A DNA stretch of 43,679 bases from Bacilli bacterium (GCA_051872775.1 JBJEEE010000036.1:1-43679), one strand, 5' to 3'; shown: positions 9,665 through 20,047, numbered from the stretch's first letter. Translations and numbers: made by a program. Notes: a model not told the origin generated them from the sequence alone.

Positions 9665-10897
9665 TTATTCGTGAATAATTAAATAATAATTTTTCTTTCC
9701 TCTTCTTATTACTGAATATGTGCTACCAATGGCATTGGCTTTTGTCAAGGTTGTTGTTAAATCTCTATGTTGAACACCATTAACAAGAGTTGCACCATTA
9801 GTAATAAAATCACGTGCCTCGCGTTTACTTGATGCGGCATGTACCCCAACTAAAGCATCAATCAAAGCAATATCTTCAGTTACTTTTAGCGTTGGAACTC
9901 CTGAAAATAATGTTTCAATTTCTTCTTTAGTTAGTTTAGAAATATCACCACTAAATAATGCTTCTGATAGTTTTACCGCTTGATTATATGCTTCAAGTCC
10001 ATGTACCATCACGGTCATTTCTTTTGCGAGAGCTTTTTGGGCCGCACGTTTATGTGGTTCATTATTAAAACTTACTTCTAATGCTTCAATTTCTTCTTTA
10101 GTTAGGAAAGTGAATTGTTTTAATTCTCTAATAACATCACTATCTGGGGTATTAATCCAAAATTGATAGAAAGCATATGGAGATGTCTTTTCCGGATCAA
10201 GCCATACCGCCCCACCTTCACTCTTACCAAATTTTGTTCCATCACTCTTTGTAAAAAGCGGAATTGTAACACCATATGCTTCAGCATCCGCTCCATGAAT
10301 TTTACGTATTAACTCAAGCCCGCCAGTAATATTGCCCCATTGGTCTTGACCACCAATTTGAAGAATACAATTTTTATTTGCAAATAAATGTTCAAAATCT
10401 AACGCTTGTAGAATTTGATAAGAAAACTCAGTATAGGATATTCCTGATTCTAAACGAGCTTTAACGGTTTCTTTATTAATCATATAACTAACATTAAAGA
10501 ATTTTCCATACTTTCTAAGGAAAGTTAAAATATCAATATCATGAGTCCAATCATAATTATTTACCATTTCGCAATTAAATAAATTAGATACTTGCTTATA
10601 CAAGCAATTAGCGTTATGTTCAATTACTTCATGTGATAATAATTGACGTTCACTACTTGGTTTAGGGTCACCAATAAAACCAGTAGCTCCACCAATTAAA
10701 AAGATAGGTTTATTTCCAACTTTTTCAAGTCTTTTCGCAAATAAAAAGACAAGCATATGTCCTACATGAAGACTATCACCAGTTGGGTCAGTTCCTAAAT
10801 AGAAAGTAACCTCCCCTTTATTTATTTTATCAATAATCTTTTCATCTGTAATATTGTGGATTAGTCCACGCCACTTTAATTCTTCAAATAATGTCAT
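9665..10897 (-). CDS. tyrS: Tyrosine--tRNA ligase
   Basis: GTDPTGDSLHVGH (HIGH), QIGGQDQWGNI, KFGKS (KMSKS), C-terminal S4-like domain. Confidence 0.97.
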   Translation of the reverse strand: MTLFEELKWRGLIHNITDEKIIDKINKGEVTFYLGTDPTGDSLHVGHMLVFLFAKRLEKVGNKPIFLIGGATGFIGDPKPSSERQLLSHEVIEHNANCLYKQVSNLFNCEMVNNYDWTHDIDILTFLRKYGKFFNVSYMINKETVKARLESGISYTEFSYQILQALDFEHLFANKNCILQIGGQDQWGNITGGLELIRKIHGADAEAYGVTIPLFTKSDGTKFGKSEGGAVWLDPEKTSPYAFYQFWINTPDSDVIRELKQFTFLTKEEIEALEVSFNNEPHKRAAQKALAKEMTVMVHGLEAYNQAVKLSEALFSGDISKLTKEEIETLFSGVPTLKVTEDIALIDALVGVHAASSKREARDFITNGATLVNGVQHRDLTTTLTKANAIGSTYSVIRRGKKNYYLIIHE

Positions 10898-10916
10898 TTT
10901 CTTACCTCTTTCTTAT

Positions 10917-10957
10917 AATAAAAAGTCCTTAAAAAGATGAAGTCATTTCTAAGGACG
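10917..10957 (-). terminator. Terminator hairpin between the ccpA-like gene and tyrS
   Basis: gtccttagaaatga...tcatctttttaaggac stem followed by TTTTT on the minus strand. Confidence 0.6.
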
Positions 10958-11018
10958 TAAATAATACTTCTAATATTTTTTCTTAACTAATATAAATATT
11001 AATAGAAAAATACATCAA

Positions 11019-12056
11019 TTAATTGTTCTTAGTTGAATCACGCCATACAATATCAAAATTAATTAATTGATTAATTGGATTTTCATCACTAACGCGTTCT
11101 TCCATAAAGTCAGTTAGTAAATCCATTGCGGCTTCTCCAAGTTCGTAGATTGGAGTATTAATACAAGTTAGGGTTGGTCTTGAAAGTTCAGCGTATTTAG
11201 TATTTTGGAAACCAATCACTTGCATATCATCAGGAACTTGAATCTTTAATTTTCTTGCAACATTAATGAATGAAACTGCCATTGAGTCACGTACAACAAT
11301 TGCCACATCTGGATATCCATTTTTTAGTTCTTCTTCAAATGCAGGTTGGTTTAACTCTGTCTTACCTGAGACTTTGACAACATAAGGAGTAAGACCTTCC
11401 TCTTGCATTGCGGTAGAATATCCGTCAACTTTTAGATCATTAACAACATATTTTCTAATAGTTGTAACAATCCAAATATTCTTATTACCACGTCTAATCA
11501 TTTCTTTGGTAATATCATATGCAGCTTTGAAATAATCAATAGAAACTGAAGGGATATCTTTATCACTACATACTGTATTGGTTAAAACAAGACTGGTATT
11601 TTGTTCTTTCATTATCTCTAATTGCTCATCGCTGATTTCATCGTTTATATACAAAACGCCATCAACACTTGAACTCATAATTAGACCCCATAGTTCTTTT
11701 TCGTGTTCCTTTACATTTTCATTTTCTTGCATAGGACGATTGACAAAAAGTCTAAGTAAGTATCCTCTTCTATTTGCACAATCAGCGATACCATCAACCA
11801 TGCCTGCTATACTACTACGAGTTAGTTCAGGAACCACAACTGCAACCGTTGTTGACTTTGAACTTGCAAGTCCTTTCGCATTTAGGTTAGGTTTATATCC
11901 TAACTCTCTGATTATTTTATTAATTTTCTCTCTTGTGCCGGGTTTTACTTTTTCTGGATGATTTAAAACACGTGAAACGGTAGCAAGTGAAACGCCAGCT
12001 GCTCCAGCTACATCATAAATTTTAATTTGACTACTGTATTTGTTATCTCCTTTCAT
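11019..12056 (-). CDS. ccpA: LacI-family transcriptional regulator, CcpA-like
   Basis: IYDVAGAAGVSLATVSRVLN HTH and Y.PN.NAKGLAS.KSTTV hinge typical of CcpA; ATG at 12056 after a GAGGTG RBS. Confidence 0.75.
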   Translation of the reverse strand: MKGDNKYSSQIKIYDVAGAAGVSLATVSRVLNHPEKVKPGTREKINKIIRELGYKPNLNAKGLASSKSTTVAVVVPELTRSSIAGMVDGIADCANRRGYLLRLFVNRPMQENENVKEHEKELWGLIMSSSVDGVLYINDEISDEQLEIMKEQNTSLVLTNTVCSDKDIPSVSIDYFKAAYDITKEMIRRGNKNIWIVTTIRKYVVNDLKVDGYSTAMQEEGLTPYVVKVSGKTELNQPAFEEELKNGYPDVAIVVRDSMAVSFINVARKLKIQVPDDMQVIGFQNTKYAELSRPTLTCINTPIYELGEAAMDLLTDFMEERVSDENPINQLINFDIVWRDSTKNN

Positions 12057-12088
12057 AAAACACCTCATTTAAACAATCTTTTCACATT

Positions 12089-12117
12089 ATTATATCATAA
12101 AAAAAATATAATTGCAA
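12089..12117 (-). promoter_or_regulatory. SigA promoter of the ccpA-like gene
   Basis: TTGCAA-N17-TATAAT with an extended TG. Confidence 0.65.
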
Positions 12118-12157
12118 GTATAAGTATAAATAAAAATGAAAATAAAATATATTATTT

Positions 12158-13417
12158 TCATTTATGACCTATAACCTTTTTAATATAACCATTAATTGTC
12201 CCTGCTCCAAGGAATACCCATACTTCCGAATTATTTGGATTAATTAAATCAATAATAGATGGAGTGAATGAACGATATTTTTTAAAAATCTTATTTATTT
12301 TCAATTGTTTAAATGTACTTTCTTCTTCTCTTGATGATGGAAATACTTTATCTAAATATACTGCATCAAATAGTGACAAGGCCTCTTTAAACTCTTTTTT
12401 TAAAGTTAAAGTTCGCGAGTAAGTATGTGGTTGAAAGATAACATTAATTTTATAATTATGGTATTTTTCTTTAATACTATTATACAATGATTTAATCTCT
12501 GTTGGATGATGTCCATAATCATCGATGAGAATAGTCTTTCCGTATTTATGTTCTGTCATTCTACGTTTTGGTAAAGTTAAATCTTGAATATGAGGATTAA
12601 CACCTAATAACCTGCATGCAACATATGCCATCACAAAATCATAGACAAGATGAATACCAAAAAAGGGAATAAAGACAGCATATATTTTATTTTTCTCTTT
12701 TATATTTATAAATGTTCCTTCTTTATTGGTCTTAATTACTTTAAAAATTACATCATTGGTTTGATCTTGACCGACTTTAATAACTTTATTAAATGTTAGT
12801 TTTTTTATGTTTATATCATCACCATTGACAACAGCTAATTTTGACTGATCTACTATTTTTTGAAAACTTGATACTACCTCATTTATATTTTTAAAGAAAT
12901 CCGGATGATCTAATTCAATATTATTAATTAACAAAATCTCAGGTTGATATGCTAAAAAATGATTCTTATATTCGCATGCTTCTAATACAAGTTTATTACT
13001 TTCTTTTATTCCTTTTCCCGTTCCATCACCAATAATGTAAGAAACTTTATTATTCAGCATCTGTGATAAAAACGTTGTAGTGGTCGTTTTGCCATGTGTA
13101 CCACTTACAGCAATAATATCCATATCTAGTTCATGTCCAATAAAGTCATTATAGTAATAATGTTTGTAATGATTCTTTTTTATTTTTTTAACATCGTCGT
13201 TATCTTCATTAAATGCTAGACCAATAATATAGATATAACTTGCGTCAAATTTTGCTTCATTAAAATTATATATTTTAATTTTTCTTTCTTCAAGAATTTG
13301 ATCAGTAAAATACTGGTTAGGATAGTCACTTCCTACTACCTCATTACCTAAATCTTGTAATAAACAGGCTAGTGCACTCATTCCTGTTCCTTTAATACCC
13401 ACAAGAAAATACTTCAC
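12158..13417 (-). CDS. murC: UDP-N-acetylmuramate--L-alanine ligase
   Basis: GIKGTGMSALA, GTHGKTTT, EACEY, DHPD, DDYGHHPTEI, FQPHTYSR motifs; GTG start. Confidence 0.93.
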   Translation of the reverse strand: MKYFLVGIKGTGMSALACLLQDLGNEVVGSDYPNQYFTDQILEERKIKIYNFNEAKFDASYIYIIGLAFNEDNDDVKKIKKNHYKHYYYNDFIGHELDMDIIAVSGTHGKTTTTTFLSQMLNNKVSYIIGDGTGKGIKESNKLVLEACEYKNHFLAYQPEILLINNIELDHPDFFKNINEVVSSFQKIVDQSKLAVVNGDDINIKKLTFNKVIKVGQDQTNDVIFKVIKTNKEGTFINIKEKNKIYAVFIPFFGIHLVYDFVMAYVACRLLGVNPHIQDLTLPKRRMTEHKYGKTILIDDYGHHPTEIKSLYNSIKEKYHNYKINVIFQPHTYSRTLTLKKEFKEALSLFDAVYLDKVFPSSREEESTFKQLKINKIFKKYRSFTPSIIDLINPNNSEVWVFLGAGTINGYIKKVIGHK

Positions 13418-13612
13418 AAAAAATCACCACTACATTATATGCAAGTGATGATTTGATGGTTCAATATAATTAAATTGTTTCTAATATTATACTTAATATT
13501 ATTTTTAAAAATTATAATAAATATTGTCAATTTAATAAAAATTGGATGCCTAAGAATTATATAAGTATATCTATTTTTATTAGTATGATACCACTATAAT
13601 TTACAACCTAAA

Positions 13613-13637
13613 TAAAAAAATCCGGTTTTACCGGATC
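13613..13637 (-). terminator. Rho-independent terminator
   Basis: atccgg-tttta-ccggat stem with a T7 tract on the minus strand. Confidence 0.75.
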
Positions 13638-13654
13638 TTCTTATTTTATAGAAA

Positions 13655-15466
13655 TTATAATTCAATTACAATAACAGGTCTTACTCCATATTTGGCAATA
13701 GAACTTGCATATTTTTCTATATAGTTTACTTTATCAGTTGAACTTGTTTTAACACCATTTACATAACTGATACTCTTTTCTACATTAAATGGAGAACGTA
13801 ACATCCATGAAGTTTGTCCATATAGTGCATTAGAAGTAGTGATTTTAATACCTAAAGCTTTTGCATAGTCAGATGCGAAAGTTGCTTTTGCAGGATCTTC
13901 TACATCATAGCTTGTTCTAAATCCATAGGCAAGGCTTGTTGCTTCTTCATAAGATAACAAGAATACTTTATCTAAAGTATCATTACATGCAAACTTATTA
14001 GATGAAGTTGAAGTTGAACTAGCACTATTGCTAACTGTTGTTGTTACGATTTTGGCTAGTTCTTCTGCATTAAAGGCACCTGTTAAGAAGGTTTCATTTA
14101 ACCATTTACGAATGTGTGATTCTTCATAGTTATTTGATTTAGTATCAAATACTTGATAGTCAAGAACATACTCACTAAGTAAAGTTAATTTACCATCATT
14201 TGATTTAATAACACGCCATTTGATTGGTTCTGCTTTAAAGAAATAACCTTTATCTTTTTCAATTAAATCACTTGAACTTGTTCCTTTTTTAATAGCAGTA
14301 CTAAAGCGATAAACTGAATCAGCTGGAGTTGCTTTTACATAAAAATAAGTTTCACCATTTAACTCAGCTTTATTCGTTTGCTTATCAAGAACTGCATTAA
14401 GTTCAGTTATAAGATTTGCATCTGCGACAACTGTTTGTGCGTAATGTCCAAAATAGATGTATTCAACACCATTTTCTACGAACACTTCTCCTTCGTTAAC
14501 TTTTTCCCATTTAGCATAAACAGTATAATCACCTGTATGACCAGCTTCTATTTCTGTTACAGTTTCACCAGTTAATTCTTCATTTAGATACCATCCCGCA
14601 AAACTGTAACCTATTTTGTGAGGTTCTGGTAAAACTACACCAAATAAACTACAATAAGTTTTGGCATCTGTCTTGGCAACAAAACCACCATCTAATTCAT
14701 AATTTATTTGATATAACCATTTTGCATATACAGTTAAATCGCCACTAGTTACACCAGCAGTAGTCGCTGTTATTTTAGTTTCTTCTTCAAAAGTGTTACT
14801 GGTATACCATCCGCCAAATATTTTTCCATCGCATTTTGGTGTTGATAAAGTTACTGCTTTATCAACCGCATAACTATCAACCGGATTGTTGTCAAACTTT
14901 CCACCATCAAGGACATAATTAATTTGGTATGTAGGCACATCCCATTTTGCGTAAAACTTCTTGTTGCCTGTTGTGCCAACTTTTATTTCTGAAACAGGAT
15001 TTCCTGAAAATTTGATTGTTGTATACCAACCTTCAAAAGTACATAGAGGCTTAGTTGGAATAGGAAGGGTAAAACTATCATTTACATTATAATTAGTTTT
15101 AATAGTTGTATTTGTTGGTTGTTTACCACCATTTAATTCATAGTCAATAGTATAGTTTACAATTTTACTTTCATAAACAGCCGTTACAGTACGATCTTCT
15201 CTAACATCTTCAATACTAGGTTCCCATCCAACAAAAACATTCGTATAACCTACTTTATCAGATGGTTTCGTTGGTTTTTCTCCAGTATATGTTGCCGTTT
15301 TTCCTATTGCGGTAGGAGCTTCACATAAAACCGTACCATCATAATTTACAAATGTTACAACAGGTCGTTTAATTGTAAAGCCAACAATAAATAGGATTAA
15401 TCCAATCGTAAATAATGAAATACCAATTACTCCTATTAATATTTTTTTCTTTCTACTTTGATCCAT
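13655..15466 (-). CDS. Membrane-anchored surface protein with InlB B-repeats and a C-terminal DUF6273-like domain
   Basis: N-terminal TM; three I.Y.L.GG...P...G..F.GWY...YAKW repeats; C-terminal PIKWRV, DKVFLLS, WMLRSP, GVRPVI. Confidence 0.78.
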   Translation of the reverse strand: MDQSRKKKILIGVIGISLFTIGLILFIVGFTIKRPVVTFVNYDGTVLCEAPTAIGKTATYTGEKPTKPSDKVGYTNVFVGWEPSIEDVREDRTVTAVYESKIVNYTIDYELNGGKQPTNTTIKTNYNVNDSFTLPIPTKPLCTFEGWYTTIKFSGNPVSEIKVGTTGNKKFYAKWDVPTYQINYVLDGGKFDNNPVDSYAVDKAVTLSTPKCDGKIFGGWYTSNTFEEETKITATTAGVTSGDLTVYAKWLYQINYELDGGFVAKTDAKTYCSLFGVVLPEPHKIGYSFAGWYLNEELTGETVTEIEAGHTGDYTVYAKWEKVNEGEVFVENGVEYIYFGHYAQTVVADANLITELNAVLDKQTNKAELNGETYFYVKATPADSVYRFSTAIKKGTSSSDLIEKDKGYFFKAEPIKWRVIKSNDGKLTLLSEYVLDYQVFDTKSNNYEESHIRKWLNETFLTGAFNAEELAKIVTTTVSNSASSTSTSSNKFACNDTLDKVFLLSYEEATSLAYGFRTSYDVEDPAKATFASDYAKALGIKITTSNALYGQTSWMLRSPFNVEKSISYVNGVKTSSTDKVNYIEKYASSIAKYGVRPVIVIEL

Positions 15467-15508
15467 ATAGGGCCTCCATTTTTTTATTTACATTTTTATC
15501 TATTATAT

Positions 15509-15537
15509 ATTATAACATTATTATAGATTATTATCAA
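15509..15537 (-). promoter_or_regulatory. SigA promoter of the InlB-repeat gene
   Basis: TTGATA-N17-TATAAT. Confidence 0.55.
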
Positions 15538-15547
15538 GCAAATAAGA

Positions 15548-15578
15548 CAAAAAAATACAAGGAATTACTCCTTGTATA
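15548..15578 (-). terminator. rplS terminator
   Basis: atacaagga/tccttgtat stem with a T tract on the minus strand. Confidence 0.78.
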
Positions 15579-15593
15579 ATCTTGTTGTTAAAA

Positions 15594-15944
15594 TTAATTA
15601 CGACGTTCTTTGATTCTTGCAGATTTTGCAGATAATCCACGAATGTAGTTAAGTTTAGCACGACGTACTTTACCAAGACGTACTACTTCAATTTTCGCAA
15701 CCATTGGTGAATGAACAGGGAAAATTCTTTCAACACCAACACCTGATGAAATCTTACGAACTGTGTAAGTTTCACTGATGCCACCACCATGACGGCCAAT
15801 TACTAATCCTTCAAATACTTGGATTCTTTCGCGGTCACCTTCTTTAATCTTTACATGTACTCTTACAGTATCACCAGGACGAAACTCTGGAATGTCATCA
15901 CGCATGTAAGATTGAGTTACTGCTTTAATTAATTGTTGACTCAT
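15594..15944 (-). CDS. rplS: 50S ribosomal protein L19
   Basis: [44 protein letters not shown]. Confidence 0.99.
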   Translation of the reverse strand: MSQQLIKAVTQSYMRDDIPEFRPGDTVRVHVKIKEGDRERIQVFEGLVIGRHGGGISETYTVRKISSGVGVERIFPVHSPMVAKIEVVRLGKVRRAKLNYIRGLSAKSARIKERRN

Positions 15945-15964
15945 ATTATCTCTCCTTTATCTTC

Positions 15965-16015
15965 TGGTATTCATTCATATTCCATATCAACTTGGGTCAT
16001 ATCAGCGGAATACCA
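15965..16015 (-). ncRNA. Putative L19 ribosomal protein leader RNA
   Basis: 5'UTR of rplS with a tggtattc/gaatacca closing stem and the TTCCGCTG motif typical of Firmicutes L19 leaders. Confidence 0.65.
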
Positions 16016-16028
16016 TGTTTGCTTATAT

Positions 16029-16057
16029 ATTATACCATAAAGCCTAGAAAAATGCAA
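16029..16057 (-). promoter_or_regulatory. SigA promoter of rplS
   Basis: TTGCAT-N17-TATAAT with an extended TG. Confidence 0.7.
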
Positions 16058-16162
16058 GTCATTTGAAATGATGAAATATATATATGTAATATTTTAAAAT
16101 GCTAAATAAATAGATTTTTTTTCATTTTATGATATGATAGATATATAATAGGAGGATATAAT

Positions 16163-17014
16163 ATGCCACTACATATTGGAGAGATTAACTCTTTTGTTGT
16201 TAAAAGAGAAACAGATATAAGTTATACTTTAAGTCCTGATGATGATGAACTTACTACTTATGTATTTCTTCATTTTAATCAAGCAACAAGAAAACTTGAA
16301 CCCGGGGAAAAAATTAAGGCCTTCTTATATTATGATGGCAAAAAAAGACTATGTGCCACAATGGAAGAACCGATGATTACTACTTCCCATTTTGGTTTTG
16401 TAAAAGTCGTTAATACGCTAGAAAGTACAGGTGTTTTTGTTAATATTGGAATATCCAAAGATATTTTATTATCAAAAGATTACCTTCCTAGTACGATTAA
16501 AGGATGGCCTAAATGTGGTGAGGAGATTCCTTGTATTTTAATTGAAAAAGCAAAGCAACTAATTGCAAGACCTCTTTGTCGCGATGATGTAAAAACTCAA
16601 GTTCCTCTTCTTTCTAAGAATACAACTGTATCAGGAAATGTTATAAGCATATCGCAAGAAGGGATTACTATTTGTACAAGACAATATCAGTTCGTCTTTA
16701 TCTATAAGAGTTATTTAAGAAAGTATTATCATATTGGTGAAGAGGTTACTTGTAAAATTATTCATATTAATGAGCATGGTCATTATATGGCATCAACTAT
16801 TGAACAAAAAGAGTATGCTAGACTAACTGATAGTGATACAATTTTAAACTATCTTAAAAACATGGGTGGTATGATTCCTCTTGGAAATGCATCAACTCCT
16901 GAAGAGATTAGTAAATATTTTAAAATGAGCAAGAGTGCTTTTAAAAGAGCAGTTGGCGCATTATATAAACAAAGATTAATTACAATTGAAGATAATAAAA
17001 TTACATTAAATTAG
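16163..17014 (+). CDS. cvfB: CvfB/YitL family S1 RNA-binding protein
   Basis: FLYYD...RL.AT, GVFVNIGI.KD, C-terminal winged helix PEEI..YF.MSK.AFKRAVG.LYK. Confidence 0.88.
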   Translation: MPLHIGEINSFVVKRETDISYTLSPDDDELTTYVFLHFNQATRKLEPGEKIKAFLYYDGKKRLCATMEEPMITTSHFGFVKVVNTLESTGVFVNIGISKDILLSKDYLPSTIKGWPKCGEEIPCILIEKAKQLIARPLCRDDVKTQVPLLSKNTTVSGNVISISQEGITICTRQYQFVFIYKSYLRKYYHIGEEVTCKIIHINEHGHYMASTIEQKEYARLTDSDTILNYLKNMGGMIPLGNASTPEEISKYFKMSKSAFKRAVGALYKQRLITIEDNKITLN

Positions 17015-17020
17015 AATTAT

Positions 17021-17056
17021 AAAGGTCAAATTCATTACGAATTTGACCGTTTTTTT
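17021..17056. terminator. Bidirectional terminator between cvfB and the M6 protease gene
   Basis: ggtcaaattc/gaatttgacc stem flanked by A and T tracts. Confidence 0.8.
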
Positions 17057-19994
17057 AATATGTTATTGTAATAGTAGCCTCAGTTGCGCAAGTAGAGTCT
17101 ACAGTTATAGTAAATCCAGCGTTAGTTCCATCATACCATGTAGCCCAAGTAAAACTTGTACCTACTTGGAATAGGTCTGAATTACTGCTATATCCACCAC
17201 TTGTTATATCGTTACTACGATCTGCTTCAACTAATTCTATTAGTTTATGCTCAGTCAAGCCATTATTGTAAGAATATACGTCCCATATCGAATTGACTTC
17301 ATTATCATTAAGAGTAGCATCAATATGATAAACTCTAATTCCAGATGTTGAGAATAATCCAGAATATCCTTTTTCTATTTCATTTAGTCCATCAGGAGTA
17401 TAAAAATCAATAATATAATATTCATCAAAATAACTACCATTAAAATCTTTACCGATAATTAAACAATCACCTGTAGAAGCGAAAGATCCTAGCGTTATGG
17501 TTGCGGTAGTACCTTCCATTAAGTATGCATCAGTCCATCCAAGAATTACTTTACTGAAAGCATTATGATCACCGACATTAAAGTCCATCATATCGCCACC
17601 ACCAATGCCACCATTAGGACCACTATTTTCATCATAATCATAGTAATCATCTAGTCCTAACATATGACCAGTTTCGTGAATAAATGTCTCCATATTATAT
17701 GTAATACTATGGCCCGACGCTAAATCTTCAAATAAGAAATCATATCCTGCAAACAAATAGAAATCAGCTTCAACCCCATCATAGTATTCATAATCGGAAG
17801 TAAAATATTCAGAAGTAAAGGCCCACCAAATAGTATCACTATTGACATAATCAATGGAAGCTGTATATACGAGATAGATACCATCGATATATCCATCATT
17901 GTCTGTATCGTAATCGGCATAGTTTACTTGTGAATCATAATATTCGAGTGCTTCTTTTAAAATATCAGTTTCACTTCGATTTTTTGTTTCATAATAACTA
18001 GCATTATTTCCCGTATTAAATACTGGAAGAACGGTACCTTCAATAGTTAATTTACCATATGAAGATTTATAATAATAACTTTGTAAGCTTTCCCAGCCAG
18101 TATCTTCTTCAGTTCCAAAGAAAGCTTTTTCCAAAATATTTGTCATATTATTTGGTGCTGGATAATCCGTAAAGGCAATAGGCATTACTAAGACTTTAGG
18201 ATGACCTACAGATGGTAAACCTCTTGTTATTCCATAAGAAGCATATATATCTTCTAGTACTTCTCCATTATCAATTTTTGATAAACTGATATTACTCATA
18301 TCTTTAACTTCAATAGTAATGGATACTTCAAATCCGTGATATTTAATTAATACTGGAATCGTATTTTCAATTGAAGAATCATAAGTATATACTAATTCGC
18401 AATCCACAAGTAAGATTGGTTCAGATGTTCCATTCGATTTTTTGACCGAAATTGTTACTTTAGACATAGCATCTTCAAAGGAAGTATTTAAATCTACTAC
18501 TACTTTACTTAGGTTAGTACTTAATCCTACTTCTGTTACTTCCGTTTGTGATTGTACTAATTTAGAAGATTCCGTAATTACAATTTGGGGAGCATTAAAA
18601 TATCCTATAACGGCATTTTCGATTGTTATCACATCATTAAGATTATCAAAAATTGATTTTAAGTTATTCTTTGTTTCTGTTGATAGATATTTCGAAACAA
18701 AGACAGTAACTGTATTGACGCCATCACTGAAGGTTAAGCTTGAATCTTTAGATGGATCAACGGTTCCTGATATTTTCGTTAAATTATGAATAGTGACTAA
18801 CTTGCATACATTTTGATTTAATACATTAGTTGACGTATTGCTTAATTCACTAGCTTCTAATTCATACTGGGTTCCTGTTTCTTCAATTGTTGATACTGAT
18901 GTAACTTCAACTAATCCTTTATATGTATCTTTTGTACCTTGAACAACTACCTCCATTCCTGGACATAACCACTCAACATTTGTACTGCCAAGATATACAT
19001 AAAGAGCTCCAACTTCATCTTCTAGATAAAAGTTATTTCCGACAAGTCCCGTTACTATTCCTTTTACTATTACACTTTCACCATCAATTGCATTGATTAC
19101 TTCTGCAGTTGTCATGGTTGTGGACATTATTTCCACTTCTGGTAGTTTAAATGAGGTTTGACCATGCTTATCAAATAAGATTTCATATTCATAGTCATAG
19201 TCAACATTTTCATATGTAAAGATTGACTTGATAGTAATATAGGTAATAACATCATTTTCAACTGTTATTTGTAGATCAGTATAGACTTCACCATCAGACT
19301 CACCAATTAAGTTCGATACAACTTCATTAACTTTATTTTGGTTAATTAATTGATATGTATTATCTTTTAATTCAAACATTGATGCATCTAAACTATCAAA
19401 ATCAATAAGATCAAAGTAAGAAGTATATTCTTCAAAATATGGTTCGCTTTCAGCAATAGCATAAAAAGATCCATCTAAGTTTTCACCATAATAATAGTAG
19501 ACACCATCAACATATGCTATATATTCAATTGCGGTATATTCCCCATATTCATACATAGATTTAATATTATTATCACATACTTCATAAGTACAATAATATG
19601 AATCTTCACCATCGGTTGATGCATAAGCAAATATATAACTATAGTTTTTCATATTATTAATAGCAATGCTTAAATCATCGTCGATATCAATACTCTCTTG
19701 CCATTTTGCATACAACACATAATCTTTGGTTGATTCTGAATCTATGAATTTGATTTCACTACCACTATAGGTTTCATCTTCATACCAACCTAAGAAAGTA
19801 CAGCCTTCTAACTCAAGAGGAAGAAGGTAAGTTATTTCTCCTTCTTTGTAGGTTGCAGGAGTATGTTCTACTTGTACTCCGTTAGAATAGTAAGTAATGG
19901 TATGAGTAGTTGTACCCGTGCCATTGCTTATGCAAGATACAAAACAAAGGCAAGATACAAAAATTAAAATTAGATTACAAATTATTTTTTTCAT
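17055..19994 (-). CDS. Lipoprotein M6-family (immune inhibitor A-like) zinc metalloprotease with InlB-repeat and OB-fold modules
   Basis: Lipobox-like FVSC; InlB B-repeat; OB-fold (V.GIVT...FYLED..GALYVY); VLVMPIAFTD, SYGKL, HETGHMLGLDDYY. Confidence 0.8.
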   Translation of the reverse strand: MKKIICNLILIFVSCLCFVSCISNGTGTTTHTITYYSNGVQVEHTPATYKEGEITYLLPLELEGCTFLGWYEDETYSGSEIKFIDSESTKDYVLYAKWQESIDIDDDLSIAINNMKNYSYIFAYASTDGEDSYYCTYEVCDNNIKSMYEYGEYTAIEYIAYVDGVYYYYGENLDGSFYAIAESEPYFEEYTSYFDLIDFDSLDASMFELKDNTYQLINQNKVNEVVSNLIGESDGEVYTDLQITVENDVITYITIKSIFTYENVDYDYEYEILFDKHGQTSFKLPEVEIMSTTMTTAEVINAIDGESVIVKGIVTGLVGNNFYLEDEVGALYVYLGSTNVEWLCPGMEVVVQGTKDTYKGLVEVTSVSTIEETGTQYELEASELSNTSTNVLNQNVCKLVTIHNLTKISGTVDPSKDSSLTFSDGVNTVTVFVSKYLSTETKNNLKSIFDNLNDVITIENAVIGYFNAPQIVITESSKLVQSQTEVTEVGLSTNLSKVVVDLNTSFEDAMSKVTISVKKSNGTSEPILLVDCELVYTYDSSIENTIPVLIKYHGFEVSITIEVKDMSNISLSKIDNGEVLEDIYASYGITRGLPSVGHPKVLVMPIAFTDYPAPNNMTNILEKAFFGTEEDTGWESLQSYYYKSSYGKLTIEGTVLPVFNTGNNASYYETKNRSETDILKEALEYYDSQVNYADYDTDNDGYIDGIYLVYTASIDYVNSDTIWWAFTSEYFTSDYEYYDGVEADFYLFAGYDFLFEDLASGHSITYNMETFIHETGHMLGLDDYYDYDENSGPNGGIGGGDMMDFNVGDHNAFSKVILGWTDAYLMEGTTATITLGSFASTGDCLIIGKDFNGSYFDEYYIIDFYTPDGLNEIEKGYSGLFSTSGIRVYHIDATLNDNEVNSIWDVYSYNNGLTEHKLIELVEADRSNDITSGGYSSNSDLFQVGTSFTWATWYDGTNAGFTITVDSTCATEATITITY

Positions 19995-20047
19995 ATTTTT
20001 CCTTTCAACATTCCATCATTTCATTAGTTTTGATGTAATGATTCATT

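Noticed and set aside
10898-11018. T-box riboswitch upstream of tyrS
   Set aside because: Region is too short and lacks the T-box consensus and stem I; only a terminator is supported
13655-13850. Diversity-generating retroelement target (GVRP-ending tip domain)
   Set aside because: No reverse transcriptase or template repeat seen in the window
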